Source: an uncultured Bacteroidales bacterium (GTDB lineage: Bacteria > Bacteroidota > Bacteroidia > Bacteroidales > UBA4417). Taken from it: a stretch of DNA of 50,898 bases. The position numbers and the translations under genes are program-made. Of the stretch, positions 46,639 through 50,898 are shown one piece after another. The DNA is taken from contig CAISRK010000188.1 in NCBI GenBank assembly GCA_903887815.1, positions 1-50,898 of the forward strand. The letters run 5' to 3'. Position 1 is the first letter of the stretch. Every line of letters starts with the position of its first letter. A model generated the notes under the pieces. It was not told the origin of the DNA. It was given only the letters and a program-made list of their open reading frames with translations, and did no database searches.

Positions 46639-47532
46639 ATGCGGGATCACACAAAACTTTACCGACTTTTCCTGCTATTATGGATTTTAACAGTTGTTTC
46701 TTTAAACGTCTCCGGCCAGCGGGATACCGTTTTGAAAGAGCCGGTTCAATGTCCTTCCGGTGAGTGGAAGCTGGTTTTCGCCGATGAGTTCGATGGGAAT
46801 TCACTCGACGGCAGCAAATGGTTAACCTGGTACCCCTTCACCGACGATGGTGGCGATAAATGCACATTTTGCCGCACTCATGGAAACGAAGGACAGATTT
46901 ACCGTGATGAAAACGCCGTGGTAAGCGAAGGCAGCCTGAAACTGATCGCCCGTAAGGAAACCGGGGAATGGATGGGAGAAACAAGGTCTTATTCGTCAGC
47001 TACGATCCATTCGGTTCAAAGGTTTGGTATGGGAAAATACGAAATACGCTGCCGCATACCTTCAGGAATGGGTTTCTGGCCTGCTTTCTGGATGTTCGGG
47101 CTTAAAGCCACCGAAATTGATGTTTTTGAAATCGGAACACAGAATCCCCGCCACCATCATGTGGCAATCCATAGCTGGAACACAAAAACAGACCTGGAAA
47201 AAGGGTATAACGGAACAAACCTGGCCGATGGATATCATATTTATACCATGGTTTGGGATACTAACTTTATTAGTATTGCTGTGGATGGAAATGAAGTATG
47301 GCGGGTTAGCCAGTATGCAAACAAACGTGGCCGCGTTGTTAAAAAATGCCCTGTAAAACCGGGGAAATACCAGCTTAATCCTACTTTCCCGCCTCAGGGC
47401 GAAATGCTTTCGGTGATTGCCGGGTTGGCTATCGGTACAAGCACGACCCCGTTCACCAAATCACCCGACGAAAAGACCGTTTTCCCCAACCAGATGGAAA
47501 TCGATTGGATCAGGATATACGAAATGAAATAA
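46639..47532 (+). CDS. Secreted GH16-family beta-glucanase-like hydrolase
   Basis: 297 aa with a signal peptide. LVFADEFDGNSLDGSKW, WPAFWMFG, catalytic ExDxxE as TEIDVFE. Confidence 0.8.
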   Translation: MRDHTKLYRLFLLLWILTVVSLNVSGQRDTVLKEPVQCPSGEWKLVFADEFDGNSLDGSKWLTWYPFTDDGGDKCTFCRTHGNEGQIYRDENAVVSEGSLKLIARKETGEWMGETRSYSSATIHSVQRFGMGKYEIRCRIPSGMGFWPAFWMFGLKATEIDVFEIGTQNPRHHHVAIHSWNTKTDLEKGYNGTNLADGYHIYTMVWDTNFISIAVDGNEVWRVSQYANKRGRVVKKCPVKPGKYQLNPTFPPQGEMLSVIAGLAIGTSTTPFTKSPDEKTVFPNQMEIDWIRIYEMK

Positions 47533-47560
47533 CAACTTTTGAAAAATCACTGCCAAAATC

Positions 47561-50113
47561 ATGGTGAAATTTATTTTAAACGGAGAAACAACCAGCTTCG
47601 AAGGAAATCCGGAGGTAACCCTTCTGAAATTTCTTAGAAATACGAAAAATATTACTTCCGTTAAAGACGGCTGCTCCTGCCAGGGCGCATGCGGTGCATG
47701 TATGGTAGAAATAAACGGCGAAGCAAAATTATCCTGTCTCACTCTGCTTAAAAACCTTGAAAATAAAACTGTAAATACACTCGAAGGCATTCCTGCATCC
47801 GTCAGGGATATTATCGCTAAAGCATTTGTCGAAAAGGGCGCAGTACAATGTGGTTTCTGCACTCCCGGGTTCCTGGCTCGGACCAATGTCCTTCTCCGGA
47901 AAAATCCTTCGCCAACGCTTGATGAAATCAAACAGGCCCTTACGTTAAATCTCTGCCGCTGTACAGGCTACGTAAAAATTATTGATGCCATTCATGAAGC
48001 TGCCCAACAACTGCATTCAGGCGGAAATTCCGCCGGATCCGATACTTCGGGCCATGTAGGAACTTCTTATCCAAAATACGAAGCCTATGAAATGGCTGTC
48101 GGCAAACGCCTGTTTGTGAATGACCTCAGGTTTGAAGGAATGCTTCATGCTGCCCTTTATTTTTCGGATCATGCGAAAGCAAAAGTTGTGGAAATTGATA
48201 TTCAGGAAGCGCTCAAACTTCAGGGAGTAACCCGGATTTTTACTGCCGATGATGTTCCCGGCAACCGTTTTGTCGGACTGATTTTGAACGACTGGCCACT
48301 GATGATCCGAACCGGTGAAACAACCCGTTATATCGGAGATGTGCTTGCCGGGGTAGTTGCCGAAACCGAAGAAATTGCACACGAAGCCGTTAAACTGATT
48401 AAAGTCACATACGAAGTTTACAAACCCGTAACCGATCCGCACGAAGCCATCAAACCAAGGGCATTGCAGGTGCATCCCGATCGCAACAACCTCCTGGAAA
48501 CCTGCAGGGTTTATCGCGGCGGGATAGCCGATGAGATTATTCTCGATTCAGCATTTACAGCAAAAGGCACTTACCAGACCCAGCGCATTGAACATGCATT
48601 CCTCGAAACCGAGGGTGCCGTAGCAATGCCCCTCGATGATGGAGTTCACCTGTATTCCAACGGGCAGGGCATTTATGTCGACCGGAAACAGGTTGCTTCG
48701 TTGCTTAACCTTCCGGAAGAAAAAGTCCGCGTTACTCTGGTATCGACCGGAGGCGGATTTGGAGGCAAGGAGGACATGACCGTGCAGGGACATGCGTCAC
48801 TTTTTGCATGGCACCTCAAAAAACCGGTTAAAGTGGTGCTTTCACGCGACGAATCAATCCGCATGCACCCTAAGCGGCATCCTGTTTATATGGAGATAAG
48901 CATTGGCTGTGATAAGGAAGGAAAACTCACCGGTTTGAAACTCTATGCAGTCGGCGATTCGGGAGCATACGCATCGGTCGGTACAAAAGTTATGGAACGT
49001 GTCGCCGGCCATGCCAGTGGGGCATATCATTTTCCATGTGTGAACCTCGAAGCACTCACTGTGTATACCAACAATATTCCAAGCGGCGCCATGCGTGGTT
49101 TCGGCGCCAACCAGGTTGCTTTTGCCCTGGAGGCCTGTATAGATGAACTTTGCAAACTTGGTGGTTTCGACCGCTGGCAGTTCCGCTACGATAATGCACT
49201 TTGCGAAGGCAAAATGACTGCTACCGGACAGGTACTTCACAAAGGTGTCGGAGTAAAAGATACCTTACTGGCTGTAAAACCGTTTTACGACAAAGCAAGG
49301 TTCAAAGGGCTCGCATGCGGAATCAAGAACAGCGGCGTCGGAAACGGGATGGCCGATTTCAGCGATGTGATTATCGAAATCATATCAGAAAACAAAGTTG
49401 TGCTGCATCACGGCTGGACCGAAATGGGCCAGGGTGTGCATACTATTGCAACGCAGGTTCTGCGAGAGGAAACCGGAATTCCTCCCGGAATTGTGGAGGT
49501 AATTGCAGATACAAGCGCAGGAATCACAACAGGAATGACCACATCATCGCGTGCCACCGCTTTGCTTGGGAATGCCATACTCGATGCTTCAATACAGATA
49601 CGAAATGACCTGAAATATCATAGCCTGGCGGAACTCGCAGGGAAGGTCTATAAGGGTAATTACACCTGCGACTGGACTACCAAACCCGGGGCCGATGTTA
49701 AGGAAATAATCACCCATTTTGCATATGGTTATGCCACTCAGCTGGTTGTACTCGACGAAAAAGGCAGAATCGAAACGGTATATGCCGCCCACGATGCCGG
49801 TAAAATTATGAATCCCATTATGTTCGAAGGACAGATCGAGGGAGCCGTTCATATGGGATTAGGATATGCGCTCACCGAAGATCTTCCGATGATTGACGGT
49901 CAGCTGGTCTCGGCAAAAATGCGTGATCTTAAAATTCTGAGGGCAAAAGATATGCCGCAAGTGGTTGTGCTGGGTGTAGAAGTGAAAGATCCGGTTGGAC
50001 CTTACGGAGCAAAAGGCCTTGGAGAAATCGGGCTGGTTCCCACTGCTGCGGCTGTTGCCAATGCCTTTTGTGATTTTGACGGCATCAGAAGGTTTAATTT
50101 ACCATTGAAATAA
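47561..50113 (+). CDS. Molybdenum hydroxylase of the xanthine dehydrogenase/aldehyde oxidoreductase family, MOP-type fusion (2x[2Fe-2S] + Moco domains, no FAD domain)
   Basis: 850 aa. DGCSCQGACGACMV and QCGFCTPGF...CRCTGY iron-sulfur motifs, a/b-hammerhead region, GGGFGGKED, C-terminal GAKGLGEIGLVP with the conserved catalytic Glu. Confidence 0.85.
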   Translation: MVKFILNGETTSFEGNPEVTLLKFLRNTKNITSVKDGCSCQGACGACMVEINGEAKLSCLTLLKNLENKTVNTLEGIPASVRDIIAKAFVEKGAVQCGFCTPGFLARTNVLLRKNPSPTLDEIKQALTLNLCRCTGYVKIIDAIHEAAQQLHSGGNSAGSDTSGHVGTSYPKYEAYEMAVGKRLFVNDLRFEGMLHAALYFSDHAKAKVVEIDIQEALKLQGVTRIFTADDVPGNRFVGLILNDWPLMIRTGETTRYIGDVLAGVVAETEEIAHEAVKLIKVTYEVYKPVTDPHEAIKPRALQVHPDRNNLLETCRVYRGGIADEIILDSAFTAKGTYQTQRIEHAFLETEGAVAMPLDDGVHLYSNGQGIYVDRKQVASLLNLPEEKVRVTLVSTGGGFGGKEDMTVQGHASLFAWHLKKPVKVVLSRDESIRMHPKRHPVYMEISIGCDKEGKLTGLKLYAVGDSGAYASVGTKVMERVAGHASGAYHFPCVNLEALTVYTNNIPSGAMRGFGANQVAFALEACIDELCKLGGFDRWQFRYDNALCEGKMTATGQVLHKGVGVKDTLLAVKPFYDKARFKGLACGIKNSGVGNGMADFSDVIIEIISENKVVLHHGWTEMGQGVHTIATQVLREETGIPPGIVEVIADTSAGITTGMTTSSRATALLGNAILDASIQIRNDLKYHSLAELAGKVYKGNYTCDWTTKPGADVKEIITHFAYGYATQLVVLDEKGRIETVYAAHDAGKIMNPIMFEGQIEGAVHMGLGYALTEDLPMIDGQLVSAKMRDLKILRAKDMPQVVVLGVEVKDPVGPYGAKGLGEIGLVPTAAAVANAFCDFDGIRRFNLPLK

Positions 50114-50176
50114 TTTACGAATGACTATTTACGAATGAACCTTACAAATCGTATCTTCCAAATCGTTAATCGTACC
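50114..50176. repeat. tacgaat/aatcgta-word repeat, upstream flank of four-helix-bundle gene B
   Basis: tttacgaatgactatttacgaatgaaccttacaaatcgtatcttccaaatcgttaatcgtacc. It is a direct repeat of 50616-50685. Confidence 0.8.
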
Positions 50177-50232
50177 TTTTATTTGTCTGAATGTTAGTTC
50201 TAATTGACTGTCAAACTTTGAATTAATGAATC

Positions 50233-50595
50233 ATGTACACTGAAGAATTAAAGAACAGGTTTAAAATGTTTGCAATTCATGTGGCTCTATTGATAAAAGA
50301 TATTCCTAAAAACACAATCAATATACCCTATTGCAACCAACTAATCAGGTCATCGAGTTCGCCAGGTGCTAATTACAGGGCAGCATGCAGAGCTAAATCA
50401 AGTGCTGACTTCATCAATAAACTTAAAATAGTTGAAGAAGAACTGGATGAATCTGTTTACTTTCTGGAACTCCTCCTTCATTTTAATCCAGAGTTTGCTG
50501 ATAATATTAATCTCTTAGTCAAAGAAGGGAATGAACTCCTTGCAATAACAGTTTCCTCCTTAAAAACCTCTAGAGAAAATCAAAACAGAAAATAA
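50233..50595 (+). CDS. Four-helix-bundle protein (23S rRNA intervening-sequence protein family), second copy
   Basis: 120 aa. QLIRSSSSPGANYRAACRAKSSADFINKLKIVEEELDESVYFLELL. Confidence 0.85.
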   Translation: MYTEELKNRFKMFAIHVALLIKDIPKNTINIPYCNQLIRSSSSPGANYRAACRAKSSADFINKLKIVEEELDESVYFLELLLHFNPEFADNINLLVKEGNELLAITVSSLKTSRENQNRK

Positions 50596-50615
50596 CAAGT
50601 ATTAAAATTCAAGAA

Positions 50616-50685
50616 TTTACGATGTACGAATGAAACTTTCAAATCGCATCTCCCCAATCGTAAATCGTACCTCGTAAATCGTACC
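50616..50685. repeat. tacgaat/aatcgta-word repeat, downstream flank of four-helix-bundle gene B
   Basis: tttacgatgtacgaatgaaactttcaaatcgcatctccccaatcgtaaatcgtacctcgtaaatcgtacc. Confidence 0.8.
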
Positions 50686-50702
50686 TAAATAAATTCACCC
50701 CA

Positions 50703-50898
50703 ATGTCCATACTCCTAACAAACGGAACCTACATTCACCCTGAAACCCTCGAATTCACAACTTCCGATATTTTAGTAGATGAAGGGCCGGATGGCAAAAT
50801 AAAATTTCTCCCCCCTGCTTCAGAAACTAAAAGTGACACAGAAATCGACTGCTCGGGAAAATACATTACCCAATCCTTTGTTTGTGGGCACCACCACG
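50703..50898 (+). CDS. Amidohydrolase-superfamily protein, SsnA/chlorohydrolase-like (5' fragment, runs off the window)
   Basis: My own translation from the ATG at 50703 gives MSILLTNGTYIHPETLEFTTSDILVDEGPDGKIKFLPPASETKSDTEIDCSGKYITQSFVCGHHH. This is the typical beta-sandwich N-terminus ending in the HxH metal-binding motif. It is not in the ORF track because there is no stop in the window. Confidence 0.65.
   Translation, partial: MSILLTNGTYIHPETLEFTTSDILVDEGPDGKIKFLPPASETKSDTEIDCSGKYITQSFVCGHHH

Noticed and set aside
49201-49608. Arg-rich 135-aa alternative-frame ORF within the Mo-hydroxylase gene
   Set aside because: It is an out-of-frame overlap with a strongly supported CDS. The extreme R/C/N composition is typical of frame artefacts.

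Overview
The window looks like a Bacteroidota chromosome. It has two SusC/SusD pairs, three proteins with T9SS C-terminal sorting domains, TAnnTTTG promoter boxes, and two 23S-IVS-type four-helix-bundle genes. No rRNA, tRNA, CRISPR array, transposase or integrase was seen. (1) 2.4-19.2 kb is a co-directional minus-strand block. It holds a mosaic T9SS surface protein, a tandem S51 (cyanophycinase-like) T9SS protein, a YfcC-family transporter and a second S51 T9SS protein. These are followed by an ECF sigma factor, a FecR anti-sigma factor, a SusC with an STN signalling domain, SusD, an M14 carboxypeptidase and an NSAR/OSBS racemase, with a convergent M28 aminopeptidase. The block contains no glycoside hydrolase. 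I read it as a candidate secreted-cyanophycinase / peptide utilisation locus, and it is the most novel-looking part of the window. (2) 19.5-30.7 kb (plus strand) is a starch/maltodextrin PUL: SusC, SusD, GH13, GH31, GH13. (3) 31.2-37.7 kb is housekeeping: ileS, a Cys-poor dksA-like gene, lspA, atpD and a short atpC. (4) 37.7-50.9 kb is a MocA / YgfK-like / MOP-type molybdenum hydroxylase / SsnA-like cluster, resembling the E. coli ygfJ-ygfK-ssnA-xdhD purine-catabolic neighbourhood. Two uncharacterised fold-type-II PLP enzymes, two secreted glycoside hydrolases (GH63-like, GH16) and two repeat-flanked four-helix-bundle cassettes are embedded in it. Several intergenic repeat families are present: a 27-bp element bracketing a GIY-YIG gene, a 134-bp x3 tandem array upstream of ileS, and short-word hairpin repeats. 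All calls come from reading motifs by eye. No searches or computations were run.
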